A stretch of 64,000 nucleotides of DNA from Paraspadella gotoi. Taxonomy: Eukaryota; Animalia; Chaetognatha. How positions within the stretch are numbered: position 1 is the stretch's first letter; each line of letters starts with the position of its first letter. Location of the stretch: the NCBI GenBank assembly GCA_051294375.1, contig JBJCIZ010000282.1:562809-626808 (forward strand). Direction: 5' to 3'. Below, in pieces: positions 34,085-45,672 of the stretch. Made by a program: the position numbers and the translations under genes. A model generated the notes under the pieces. The model was not told the DNA's origin, made no database searches, and was given only the letters and a program-made list of their open reading frames with translations.

Positions 34085-37000
34085 CTAGCTGTAGCTTCAG
34101 CACCAGGAGAATCATCTTACCGGCCTGTTGTCCCTGTTGTTGTTGAACATAATGGACGAAGGAAAAAGACTTACGCCATGATCGATTCTGGTTGTAACCG
34201 GTGCGTGATCAGAGAGTCCGTTATAGACGAACTAAAGATTGCTACAACTGAGACAACCATGAAGATCAGATCATACGATTCCATCACGACCGGCATCAAA
34301 AAGATAGCTGATGTGAATTTGGAAAACTTGGAGAATGATTTTACAATTAGCATGAAGAAATGTTTGGTTGGAGAATTATTGACTAGTGAAGACGACTTCC
34401 CCCCGACAAATGCTGAGATTGAAGGAATGCTTCACATGGAGGGTGTCACTTTTCCAGAACTTGAACACAAAGAAGTTGAAGTCCTCATCCCGGCACAGCT
34501 GGCTTACACCTGGATTGGGGGAGAAGTTCGAAGGGGTCAAGAAGGTCAACCAATTGCATTGATGACTGATTTTGGCTGGACTTTGATTGGTCCACGAAGT
34601 GGAGTGAATGACGAATCTATTGATTGCGCGAGAATGACCGCGGAATTCCTGGAAGAAGATGAGAATATGATCAGAGAAGATCTCAAACGGATCTTCAACC
34701 AAGATTTCGAGTCAACCACGAGTGCAAAACTTCAGCCGTCACTCAACGATGAATATGCTATTCACCAGCTAGAATCAACCATACGATTCGACCCAGACAT
34801 AGGGCACTATGTCGTCGGCCTTCCATGGAAGGAAGGAAGAAAAAAGCCAGCAGAAATTCTCAACTGCAGAGATTCGAGCACCATGGCTCTCAACAGACTT
34901 AATTCGTTGATGAAGAAACTCAACAAGGATCCTGAAATGAGAGAAAAGGTTTGGGAAGAAATCCAAAAGGAAGTTGACGAAGGACATGTTCAAAAGGTCA
35001 ACCAGGAAAATGTTCCAAATGGAATCCCCAAGTGGGTTCTCCCTCTCCATGTTGTTCTCAGGAAGGATAAGAATAAAGTAAGAGTCTGTCATGATGCCCG
35101 AGCTTCAGTCAAAGGAAAATGCCTCAATGACGAGCTACTGACTGGACCAGATTTGATGAACAGCCTTATTGGAATCTTACTTCGTTTCCGACAAGAAAAG
35201 GTTGCCTTGAATGGAGACATCAAAATGTTCTTCCATCAAGTCTATGTGGATCCAGACGATGTCCACGTCTTCCACTATTGGTTCTTTGAAGATAAGGAGT
35301 GCACAAAACTAGCCCTCTTTGAACTCAAAGTTCATATCTTTGGAGCAACGTCTTCTCCCGTCGCAGCAAACTTCACTCTTCACACCCATGCCAAGTCACT
35401 GAAGGGTCAGTTTCCTGAGGAGATTATACAAGCCATCATCAAGTCTTTCTACGTTGATGACTTCATCACCTCAGTACCAGACGCAGAAACAGCAAGAAAG
35501 ATCAAGAAGGCGTTGACAGAAGCAATGGCTAAAGGCGGATTTGAGCTGGGCAAGTGGAAGTGCTCAGACCCGAATGTGCTGGAGGACCATGAGAAAGGGG
35601 AAGATTCCTTTTCTCTAGAGCAGAGAGACCCGAGCCAACCAGGACCGACAGTTGTAGCTGACAAGATCCTTGGAGTCTCCTGGGACAGTAAAATCGACTG
35701 TTTCAGATTCAAGATCAACAAGGAAAAGCTGGAGAAGCCCTGCAAGACAAGAAGACAGCTTCTCTCACAACTGGCAAGTCTCTACGATCCTCTTGGCTTG
35801 ATTTCTCCTTTTGCTTTAAAGGGAAAAGCAATCTTTCAAAAGGCAACAGCCTTAGATTTGGAGTGGGATGACGTCTTACCTGATGAAATCCTTAAGGAGA
35901 TTGAAAAATGGAGGGAGCAACTACCAGAACTTGAGAAGATCTCCATCCCGAGATGGGTAGCCACACCAGCAACCAGCAAAGCAGCACCAGAACTACACAT
36001 CTTCAGTGATGCCTCAAATGAAGGTTATGGCATTGCAGTCTACCGACGGGCATGCCCAGACGACGGGGGCGATCCTCATGTTGCCTTCCTCTTCTCAAAG
36101 GCAAAGGTCACTCCCCTTGACAGCATCAGGACAGGACACCACAATTGCATTCCAAAACTCGAACTCACAGCTGCAAGATTGGCTGCTGAGATCCGGCAGA
36201 TGATCATTGAAGAATGTCCATCTGAAAAATACTCCAAGATCGTCATGTGGACAGACAGTGAAACAGTTTTGAAGCAAATCAACGACCGTGAAAAACGTTT
36301 TGCAGTCTTCTTCAAGAACAGATTGTCAAGAATCCATCAACTGACGAAACCAGAAGATTGGAGATATGTTCCAACTAAAGAAAATCCAGCAGATGATTGC
36401 AGCCGCGGTTTGAACATCAATGATGGAAAATGGGAAAGGTTTCACCATGGCCCATACTTCTTACGCCAATCAGAAGAATTCTGGCCAAAGAACACCGTCA
36501 CCATGAATCCTCTACCATATGAAACAAAGGTTAATGCAATCAATGCAAAAACCTACCAATCAGAAGATGCAACCGTGACCAATCACTGGGCAATCAGGCT
36601 CGCAAGAAGAAAAAGCCATTATCATCAAAAGCTAAGACTAATCGCAAATTTTGAAAAAGCTGTGAAAACTATTTTCAGAAAAGATTTTCCAGAATCAAAG
36701 GAAAAATTTAAAACTCTCAAATCCCAAGAAATCGAATCTGCTGAAGGAGTCCTGGCCAAGGCTTTACAAAATCTTCACTTTGAGAAAGAAATGAACGAAT
36801 TAAAGAAGAAAGATGTATGTGATCCCGCCGATAAAAAAGAACTGAATATGAAACATTCGACTTTGAAAAGGTTAAATCCCTTTTTAGATGAGAATGGTGT
36901 GATGAGAGTGGGAGGAAGGTTAGAAAATTCACAACTCCACCATCACGCAAAACATCCAATTATCCTACCAAAAGATGATTCCATCACTCATGACTTGATT

Positions 37001-38104
37001 AGATCTATACATGTCGGTGAGATCCATGCACCAACCAATCAGGTCATTACAAATCTCAGAAAGAAGTATTTTATACCCTGCGTCAAACAACAAGTCAAGA
37101 AGGTCATTTCTAAATGCCTCAAGTGCCAAAGAAATCTGAAGGCGCCAGCGCAACAGAAGATGGCGCCACTTCCGGAAGAACGCCTAACGCCAGGCGCCCC
37201 TTTTGAAAACACTGGTGTTGACATGTTCGGTCCCTACAAAATCAAAATAGCAGGCCGAGCTGTCCACAAAAGATGGGTGGCACTCTTCACTTGTTTGAAA
37301 GTTAGAGCAGTTCATCTTGAGATTTTGGATGATATTTCAAGCTCCTCATTCATCAACGCAATGACAAGATTCAATTCTAGAAGACCGGGTTCAAAAAAGT
37401 TTTTTTCAGATAATGGAACAAACTTTCGAAAAGCTGACCTAGAGTTAAAAAACGCCGTACAAGAATGGCAAAATGAAGAAACAAGCAACAAACTGCTTGA
37501 ATACGGTATTGAATGGGATTTTGGCCCGCCTAATGCCCCACACTGGGGTGGTGTGTGGGAAAGACTCGTACAATCAACAAAAAGACATCTAGACTCTGTT
37601 CTAAAGAAAGAAAATCTGCAACTAGAAACGTTTTCAACATTTTTGGTGGCGGTAGAAGGGGTGATGAATCGACGACCAATCACTCAATCAAGCGATGACC
37701 CCAGAGATTTGGATGCGCTATCTCCAGCTGATATTCTTTACCCTGGAATCTACAACGGTTCTAGACCTGTGATAGTACCGCCAGAATCGTTATCAGGAGA
37801 TGCCTTGAGATCTGAATGGAAAAAGGCAAGACATCTTATTGACGAATTCTGGAAAAGATGGTCAGAAGAGTATATAACCACTTTACAAGTCAGAGAAAAG
37901 TGGAACAAAACAGAAAAGAATATTAACATAGGTCAACTCGTCTTAATCGTCGATGAAAATCTCTCAAGAGATGATTGGAAATTAGGTCGAGTTGAAAACA
38001 TCACTGAAAAAAGTGGTTATGTTAGAAGAGTGATAATCAAAACATCAACTGGAAAATTCCTTGAAAGAGATAGAACCGGCGTAGTCATTCTAGAACTTGA
38101 TTAA
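34085..38104 (+). CDS. pol: BEL/Pao pol: aspartic protease, RT, RNase H, integrase (intact frame)
   Basis: AMIDSG; CLNDELLTGPDL, DIKMFFHQV, FGATSSP, FYVDD; LYDPLG, HIFSDAS, IPKLEL, WTDS, NPAD; H..H/CLKC, GVDMFGP, SDNGTNF, PHWGGVWERLV, FWKRWSEEY. Confidence 0.97.
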   Translation, partial: LAVASAPGESSYRPVVPVVVEHNGRRKKTYAMIDSGCNRCVIRESVIDELKIATTETTMKIRSYDSITTGIKKIADVNLENLENDFTISMKKCLVGELLTSEDDFPPTNAEIEGMLHMEGVTFPELEHKEVEVLIPAQLAYTWIGGEVRRGQEGQPIALMTDFGWTLIGPRSGVNDESIDCARMTAEFLEEDENMIREDLKRIFNQDFESTTSAKLQPSLNDEYAIHQLESTIRFDPDIGHYVVGLPWKEGRKKPAEILNCRDSSTMALNRLNSLMKKLNKDPEMREKVWEEIQKEVDEGHVQKVNQENVPNGIPKWVLPLHVVLRKDKNKVRVCHDARASVKGKCLNDELLTGPDLMNSLIGILLRFRQEKVALNGDIKMFFHQVYVDPDDVHVFHYWFFEDKECTKLALFELKVHIFGATSSPVAANFTLHTHAKSLKGQFPEEIIQAIIKSFYVDDFITSVPDAETARKIKKALTEAMAKGGFELGKWKCSDPNVLEDHEKGEDSFSLEQRDPSQPGPTVVADKILGVSWDSKIDCFRFKINKEKLEKPCKTRRQLLSQLASLYDPLGLISPFALKGKAIFQKATALDLEWDDVLPDEILKEIEKWREQLPELEKISIPRWVATPATSKAAPELHIFSDASNEGYGIAVYRRACPDDGGDPHVAFLFSKAKVTPLDSIRTGHHNCIPKLELTAARLAAEIRQMIIEECPSEKYSKIVMWTDSETVLKQINDREKRFAVFFKNRLSRIHQLTKPEDWRYVPTKENPADDCSRGLNINDGKWERFHHGPYFLRQSEEFWPKNTVTMNPLPYETKVNAINAKTYQSEDATVTNHWAIRLARRKSHYHQKLRLIANFEKAVKTIFRKDFPESKEKFKTLKSQEIESAEGVLAKALQNLHFEKEMNELKKKDVCDPADKKELNMKHSTLKRLNPFLDENGVMRVGGRLENSQLHHHAKHPIILPKDDSITHDLIRSIHVGEIHAPTNQVITNLRKKYFIPCVKQQVKKVISKCLKCQRNLKAPAQQKMAPLPEERLTPGAPFENTGVDMFGPYKIKIAGRAVHKRWVALFTCLKVRAVHLEILDDISSSSFINAMTRFNSRRPGSKKFFSDNGTNFRKADLELKNAVQEWQNEETSNKLLEYGIEWDFGPPNAPHWGGVWERLVQSTKRHLDSVLKKENLQLETFSTFLVAVEGVMNRRPITQSSDDPRDLDALSPADILYPGIYNGSRPVIVPPESLSGDALRSEWKKARHLIDEFWKRWSEEYITTLQVREKWNKTEKNINIGQLVLIVDENLSRDDWKLGRVENITEKSGYVRRVIIKTSTGKFLERDRTGVVILELD

Positions 38105-38479
38105 TCGCTGATCTATTTAAAACAAAAGAAAATAAAAGAAAAGAAAATTTCGTGCATTTATATTCAATATCTGAATCTCACGTCGCGTAAGGACGATAAT
38201 GGCGACAACGATAATAAAAACATTTAAATTTAATATCCGAATCCAACATACGACGACGACGACAGTGACGACGATAATAGAGACGATAGATCCAGACCAA
38301 AGAAATTCGTCTTAAGTCCGATCTCTCTCTCGAAAAATTATTTTATTTATTTATTGGTATAGATAGAGCTGATATTGAATTTTTTATTATTCACTTTCTC
38401 CCTCTCAAAGCTTTTCAGTGACAAAGTTTTCTTGATTTAAAAAACTTTTTTTTGGTTTTCCAAAACAAACAAAAAAAAG

Positions 38480-39961
38480 ATGCAATTCGCCCAACAACCG
38501 GACCCCTTCCGCGGAGCCCGAAGAACTGTGGTACAGGACGGGGGCGGCATGGTCATTGGTGGCCTTAAAACCGTCATCTTTGAGCTTTTCTCGACGGCGA
38601 CAAAATCGGATAACGGGATTTTGTGGTTGGCACGTGCTTCAATGGTGGATGGGTCAAGGGTTTACCGTTTCCTCAAAGAAGAAACTATAGAGGGAGTGGC
38701 AGCCCTCTTCAGTCCTTGGCTGCAGGAAGAGTGGACGGTGTTTATCATCGACACCCCAGGAAAAACGGCCCGACTCGTCACCGAGTGGCTCCAATCACTC
38801 CACGGCCTGAAGCGAATTGCGCAAATTCCAAGGCAGATGTTCCGGTGGGTGGGACATGTTTACGAAATCGGCTTCAAGAGAGATTACGTCACGGAAGAGT
38901 TTCATCTCCGCGACCGCAACTCCATCGACCAGACGATTAAGGATCTTCCAGGAGTCGTCCAGCGAGCCGAAAAGGTCAAGGAAGAACGGTTTCGACCTCC
39001 ACAACAGCTGACGTCAACTCTACCACCCTCGGAAGGATGCTCCTTGGCCTTCGCGCCGACCAGTGCAAAGAGAAAGGCCCCCGTCAAACGTCAAATAACA
39101 TCGACGACGACCGCTCCTTTTTTAGCAGCTGGAGGCGCGAGGCCACAGGCATCAACATCACAACAAAAGATCAATCGTCAAGCGACACAGATGAGTGCCC
39201 GGGATCGCCCGGTTGGTAGCCGTCAGAAGACGGCAGTCACGCCGACTGAGGATCCTGAGACTCAACTGACAAAAAGCAAAAAGAGAAGATTGAAGATGTT
39301 TGAAAAACTCAGAACCTTAAAGGAAGAAAAAGCAACATCGGCGCAACAACATCAACGCCAAAGTCTTCCTTTTCAGGAAATTTTTCGACCACGCCAGCTC
39401 TTCAGCAAGAAGGTCGCGGAAGAACGACTGGAGAGGGCAAAGAAACTCTCCGGCCGTAGCCATCTTCGACCGGCCGAAGTAAATGGCATCCTCCAGGCTG
39501 ATGATGAGAAAAACAAAAACAAAAGGCTCCAGCGATTCGGCCAAAATCCATCAGGCGAACCATCGACCTCTTCCTCCTTCAAAAAAATCCGCTTCCCGGC
39601 TTTGGAAGAAAGCATCTCCATTCTGAGCGCGGATTACGAACCCGGTGCGACAACTCATTCCAACACCCCCAAGTTGTGGTCGGAACACGGCCCCCAAAAA
39701 AGTTGTCCATCTCCAGAACCACCAAAATGCAGAGACATTTGAGAAGATGTTGAGTCCTACAAAGAGATCTGTAACATGGGAGATGACGCTCCACAGGTGC
39801 CGAATCCGCCACGCGATTGGGCTGATCGCGTCGAAAATCCGAGTGACAACGATTACGAATCGAGGGATGACTTGGATGCACAGCAGAGCGACGAGATCCT
39901 CGAAATAAACGTCGAGGACAAATATAACTCTTTTATCTCAAAGGACGTTGAGGATCAATAA
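38480..39961 (+). CDS. Extra ORF3 of unknown function inside the BEL/Pao element (3' end frameshifted)
   Basis: 420-aa ORF plus acidic continuation 39776-39961, located between pol and the PPT; no signal peptide or TM helix. Confidence 0.7.
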
Positions 39962-40695
39962 CTCGGCTCCATCTAGGCATTCATCGGCAGTGACGAAGAG
40001 TAGCAGTCATGTCACAATCAAATCCCCAGGTGAGAAAATTCTTTTTATGACATCGATTTCTGCCCCCTATAAACGCGTTGCCCCGGCGCTGACGCGTAAA
40101 GATGTTCAATTGAATTTTCTTTACCTCTATATGATGAAGGATTTGAGATAGGACTTCTGATTTAAACTTATATTTAGGCCCAAAATTTGATTGTTTTATG
40201 ATTTGCTTGTTTAATCGAATTTTTATTTCTTTTTTACCCTACTCCATTTCCCGGGTTTAAATTAAAATAAATAATCGAGAGAAAATATATTAATAAACAA
40301 AACAAAAAATAATACTTCTATAAATTAATTATTAATCAATTAAGTTTATATCGAGATATTTATGAAACCAAGTTTAAACTATTTTAATCTAAATTTAATT
40401 CGAGTCTAATTTAAGGATAAGTAAATCACCACTACCAGTCCCTACTACCAGGCTTCAGGTCTTCGACGCCTGGAATCTCAGAACCGACGGGATGCAGGAT
40501 GCCCCCTTACAGTAATGCTGCTGGGTCGAGATTCCGCATCACCAATTGATTTCGACAAAAGAATAATCTCGGAAAAACAAACATGTGAAGAATTTTTTTT
40601 ATTATTAAGATATTTTTTTTTCTGAACATTGTTACATTAGTATCTGGGATTATAGAGGCCTCTCGTCTATTTCAACTAATGTCCTTTAGTTACAC

Positions 40696-40710
40696 GAAAG
40701 GAGACGGGGG
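40696..40710 (+). promoter_or_regulatory. Polypurine tract
   Basis: GAAAGGAGACGGGGG abutting the 3' LTR TG. Confidence 0.85.
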
Positions 40711-41126
40711 TGAAGAAACGTTCGGCCTATTCTAGTCATATTTAGACATTGACCCGACATTGACCTTATTATCGACCGACGACCCGACTCTTTTCACTCT
40801 CTCTCTCTCTCTCTCTGCACTTTTCTTGGTTAGCGACTTTTTACTGGATTATCATTCGATTCTTTTTCGCGACTTCAAGGAGACCTCAACTATTTTTTCA
40901 CAAAATTCTGTATACTATTTGGACGTTTGCTCGAATTTACATTGTTTACATCGATTTTTCTCCGCAAAAATAAACAATATTTTCACGGATTATTTTCGCG
41001 TTTGTTTACAATTCTTACGGCGAGAGATATTCAAATTCGATATATAGAGACCGTCAAAAGCAGTTAATTCTCTCCGCGAAAGACTCTTTGGACGTCGACA
41101 AGGCTCGAGAAGAATATTACTCGACA
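40711..41126 (+). repeat. 3' LTR of inner element
   Basis: TG...CA; matches the 5' LTR. Confidence 0.92.
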
Positions 41127-41142
41127 GCCAAGCTTCTCTACA

Positions 41143-41885
41143 TCAACTATCCTGAGACCAACCTTATTTCTTGCATTTTCGTAAGAGACGTCCTCATCAT
41201 TGGAGAAATTTTATTGTTTTATTGTTTTATTGTAGATTTCGCGAAATCGACGTAATCATTTTCTAGTTTAACCTTCTTTGTTTCTCTTTCGTTGCAAGCT
41301 TCGTCGGCCTTTCTCTTTTTAAGTAAAAACCTATCTTCGTTTTGTTTTTCTAAATGTTTCAATCGTCGTTCGTGTGACGTGTGACGACTTCGATGTCAAA
41401 TTCGTCAAGAGTTGTTTGTCCATTTGTCTAATTTTCTCTAAAAATTCCTCCTCTTTCTCCACTTCAGCCAGTTTTTTATCGCATTCTGAAATCAACCAAG
41501 ATGTTTCTAACGTTTCCGGAGAAGTTTCCTTTTTTAACGAATCGCGTTTTGTTTTCATAGACGCCAAGTCCGCTTCCGCCTGTCGAATTTTATCTGGCTG
41601 AGTGTTCAAAAAATCTAAGTCATTATCGGTTTTCCATTTTATGATATGATGGGCGTTGTTTGTTAAAGTTTCGTGGAGATTCGAATTTTCTTTTTGAAGC
41701 TTTGTGACGGCGTTGTAGAAAAAGCTGGCCATTTGAGTACTTTCTTCCGCCATCTGCACTTGCAAACAAAACAAAAATTGTTATTGTTGTTACCGTTGAT
41801 ATAAAAATATTTAAAAATTAAAAAAAAAAACTCAATTAAAAAAAAATGAAAACAAAGAAAAAAATAATATTCAAAGCGTCACCAG
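41143..41885 (-). pseudogene. 5' part (coiled-coil exon) of the gene interrupted by the LTR nest
   Basis: Acceptor GTGCAG|ATGGCG at ~41754 and coiled-coil ORF 41331-41753. Removing the insertion joins NARNKVGLRI to VNNNRYCDNHNSY in frame. Confidence 0.55.
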
Positions 41886-44547
41886 GTTATTTTCTGTTAG
41901 TTGCATTTCGTTATAAAATAAAATAAAAATCACTCGAAAATTTGTTTCTTGATTATCTGACTGGAAAGACGGAGAATATCTACTTAAAACGTTGCCTGAC
42001 ATTCCTTACATTTGACCAGAACTGGGGGTAGTGGGGTTAGGGTTAAAAGTTGGGATGGGTGAGAAGTTGAGATGGGTGAGAAGATGAGATGGGTGAGANN
42101 NNNNNNNNNNNNNNNNNNNNNNNACGCGGTCAAATGGGAAGACAGAGGGCGACAGATGAACCGAGACGGTCAGACCGTCTGACAGATATAGTCGAGATGC
42201 TATTGATAAGGAATGGTGGGTAAAACAGCGGTGCAGAAAAAAAGAGAAGAGAGAGAGTGAGAAGAGAGAGAGAAGAGAAGAGAGGGAGAGAGGAGGGGGG
42301 GAGGAGTAGGAGAGTGAGAGAGAGAGAGAGGGGAGAGGGCCTGGGAAAGCCGAGGAAAATGGATAGGGGGTTAATCATCATCATTTCTCCTCTCTTCCTC
42401 TCCCGGTGATGCTTTTAACGCGGTTATATTCGACTCATAGAAAGTTTTGGTAGGACTCGGATTCAATTGACCGCGGAGCAAGTCACGTGACAAGTTTGTT
42501 GAAATTGACCGTGAGCCGCCAAAAGGAATTCACAAATATGTCGAATTTAACGCCTCCTCTTTCTCTCTCCTCTTCTCTCTCTCTTTCTCTCTCTCTCTCT
42601 CCCATTAAAAAAAAGGAAAATTTGTCTATAACGACCTTTTATACTGACGCTAAGCTTTTCTGAGAATTTCCAAATTCTTAGATTTACCGATTGGTTAATC
42701 GGTTAGCTTAAGGCCTGGATGCATTTCAACAAGAATTGCATAAAGCTTTGTTTATTATTATGTCAAAGAAGTGTTTCCCTTTCACGTTTCAAAAAAAAAA
42801 CTCTATATTTGATTAAGGTCAGCTTCAAGAGGCAACTAAAATCGGGCAATTTTTTATCAGTAAACCTTAAAATTTATCAAACACGGTTAAAGCATTTTAA
42901 ACGCTAATTTTTTTATTTTTTTTAATTAACAGCACCTTACCTCAGTGTAATACTAAAACTAAAAACCAAGTCATTCCAATTATGTTTAGAATCAATTAAT
43001 GATTGGAAACATAAAACGTTTTATGTAGAGAGAGAGGCTGACGCTTAGTATAAGGATGTCTATATCATTTTATACAAAAAAGAATTCATTATAAAATTGT
43101 AAAAATTTTAAAGACATTTCATCCACTGGCATCTGAAGTGGGTCCACTTGATAACAACCCTCAATTGGTTGCCACAGATTCCACAGACGGACCAGCTCAG
43201 CTCTGCTTGACATTTAGTTTCTGTTCCCAGGTTTTTAAAACTTGGTTCAAAACAAGACTGAGGAAAAAAAATAAATAAACACTTTGCAGCATTCCTCCTT
43301 GTTTACTGAATGCTTTCCCAGCCACAGCCATTTGTTAATAAAAAAAATTGGACAAAATTTGATAAAACTTAAAGATTGGTAAAGCAATATTTAAACTTAG
43401 AATGAAATATAGTAGGGCTCGATCGTTCGGAAATCGGAAGTTTCCGAATCAAGTTCCCTTTATGATTTCACTTCTATTCAAACTGCAATAGTCAGAGCCA
43501 TAATAATAGTATCAATATGGGTAGATTCGAAAGCTTGGCGTCTGGGTAAAGCCAGACGAGGTTAGAGCGCGATGCGAAATTCCCATTTTTATCAATGCCC
43601 AAAAATGGATTTTAAATGAATGGTCCAGGCCGTTTTTTTCCCTTTTCCCAAAAAACCTGCTTGATCTTTTTTAAATGATAGAACAAATCATAACATATCA
43701 GGTACGGTTCTTGGATTAAGCTATTGCTTCTTCTACCACTAGATAAAAAAAAGAAAAGATTAAAAATTCTGCAATCTATTGCTTGATAAAGCATCAAATG
43801 AACTGGTTTTTTTAGTGTGAAAACTAGCATAGTCAAGCCTTCATTATTTTTTTGTTCTAAGACCATCGAAAAAACTGTATTGTTTTACTAATCTGTTTCA
43901 GGTAGAGCGCGGGGGTAAATTTAGGAAGAGTTTATATTTAAATTTAGAAGCAAATAGAAAAGGATATCAAGTTTTTGCACGCTAAAAGCTTTTTTAAGCG
44001 CGTTCCGGTCTGTATTGAAAAATGTGGTTGACGTAGGTTATCCAATGAGAGGACATCAATTAAAATATAAGCATTGATCATGCAGCGCGATCCGGGCACT
44101 GATAAACCGATATTTTTCAACATGGCTTTACCCGTTATTGTTTACGTTTTAAGAACGCGGTCTGTGTGAAACTTGATTTTCCCGTGAATTGGCGTTCGTA
44201 GGGCGTCGTTTGTCCCTTGTTAGTCTCTTTATCTCATCTCTTTGAAATACAGACAATGAAGAGTTAAATGTGAGTACAAAAAAGTTAAGTAATCTTAAAC
44301 AATAGAGAGAATGAGCTACTTTTGAAGATAAACAAAAAATTGGACGAATATAACAATCAGTGATTCGATGGATGATCCAAATATTGATCTTACTCAAATA
44401 CTGAATGGAATACAATGTGAATGCGATGTATTTGAATTGTGCGATGATCAATCACATTTGAATGATGTCTTCATTATGATGTATCAGATATTATATTCTG
44501 AACTTTGTCATCATTTTGTGCCAGATGCTAAGTCATTCAATGACTGA

Positions 44548-45672
44548 CGTACTTTTTTGAAAAGTATGCTCTTTAAATTGGCATATCTTTGAAAAGTACG
44601 CATACTTTTTTCGAACAGAAAAGTATGCATACTTTTTTCAAGTATGCATACTTTTTTCAAAGTATGCACCTTTTTTTCAAATAATGACCAACTTTTTTAA
44701 AATATGCATACTTCAATTTATGTTCAAGCATATTTTGCTATCACCTTTTTTAAATTATGCATACTTTTTTTCAAAGTATGCATACTTTTTTCAATGTATG
44801 CATACTTTTTCAAAAAATTAATGCCCATAATTTTTCGAAAGTATAGATACGTTTTTTTCAAAGTATGCATACTTTTTTTAAAGTATGCATACTTTTTTTA
44901 ATATATGCATATTTCAAATATGCCTTTTTTCAAATTTGATACTTTAGTATGCACTTTTTTTCAACAGTATGCATACTTTTTTTCAAAGTATGCTACTTTT
45001 TTCAAGGATTCCTATACTTTTTTCAAAGTATGGCACCTTTTGAAAAATTATGCCTAACTTTTTAAAAGTATGATACTTTTTTTCAAATTATGTATACTTT
45101 TTTAAAGTATGCATACTTTTTTTCAAAGTATGCATCTCTTTTTTGAGGAAGTATGCATACTTTTTTGAAAGTATGCATACTTTTTTGAATTTCTTTTGAG
45201 ATTACTTGGTATCATACTTTTTGATAATCATCTTTAAAGTATGACTTTGAAGTAATCTAACTTTTTTTAAGTATGCATACTTTTTAAGAAGTATGCTAAC
45301 TTTTTTGAAGTATGCATACTTTCTTGAACTTGCATACTTTTTTATATAACTTTTGCAGTAGCTCTTTTTCGAAAGTTGGCATACTTTTTTCAATATGCAT
45401 ACTTTTTTGAACGTTGCATACTTTTTTCGAACGTATGCATTACTTTTTTCGAACGTTGCATACTTTTTTCAACAGATGCATACTTTTCTTGAAGTTGCCA
45501 TACTTTTGAAGTTATGCAAAACTTTGAGTTGCATACTTTTTTCGAAGTATGGCATACTTTTTTTCAACTATGCATACTTTTTTCAATATGCTACTTTTTT
45601 TCGAAGTTGCATACTTTTTTGAATGTTGCATAGCTTTTTTCAACTTGCATTACTTTTTTCAACTTGCATAAT
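44548..45672. repeat. ~20-bp palindromic satellite AAAGTATGCATACTTT(TTTC), degenerate copy
   Basis: Directly visible array. Confidence 0.9.

Larger units (their letters stand above)
31050..41126 (+). mobile_element. Full-length BEL/Pao LTR retrotransposon
   Basis: LTRs 31050-31375 and 40711-41126 (TGAAGAAACG...TCGACA), PPT GAAAGGAGACGGGGG, TSD GCTAA/GCCAA, gag-PR-RT-RH-IN order, extra 3' ORF. Confidence 0.95.
26269..41142 (+). mobile_element. Outer non-autonomous BEL/Pao element (gag only) containing a nested full-length element
   Basis: 5' LTR 26269-26719 (TGAAGAG...CTACA). 3' LTR ~30591-31049 plus 41127-41142, with its first bases and PPT missing. Flanks TTCAC/TCAAC form an imperfect 5-bp TSD. 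Confidence 0.8.

Noticed and set aside
34376-37683. Antisense ORFs over pol
   Set aside because: Shadow ORFs of a long coding strand.
38480-39742. env gene call for ORF3
   Set aside because: No signal peptide, TM helix or Cys-rich ectodomain.
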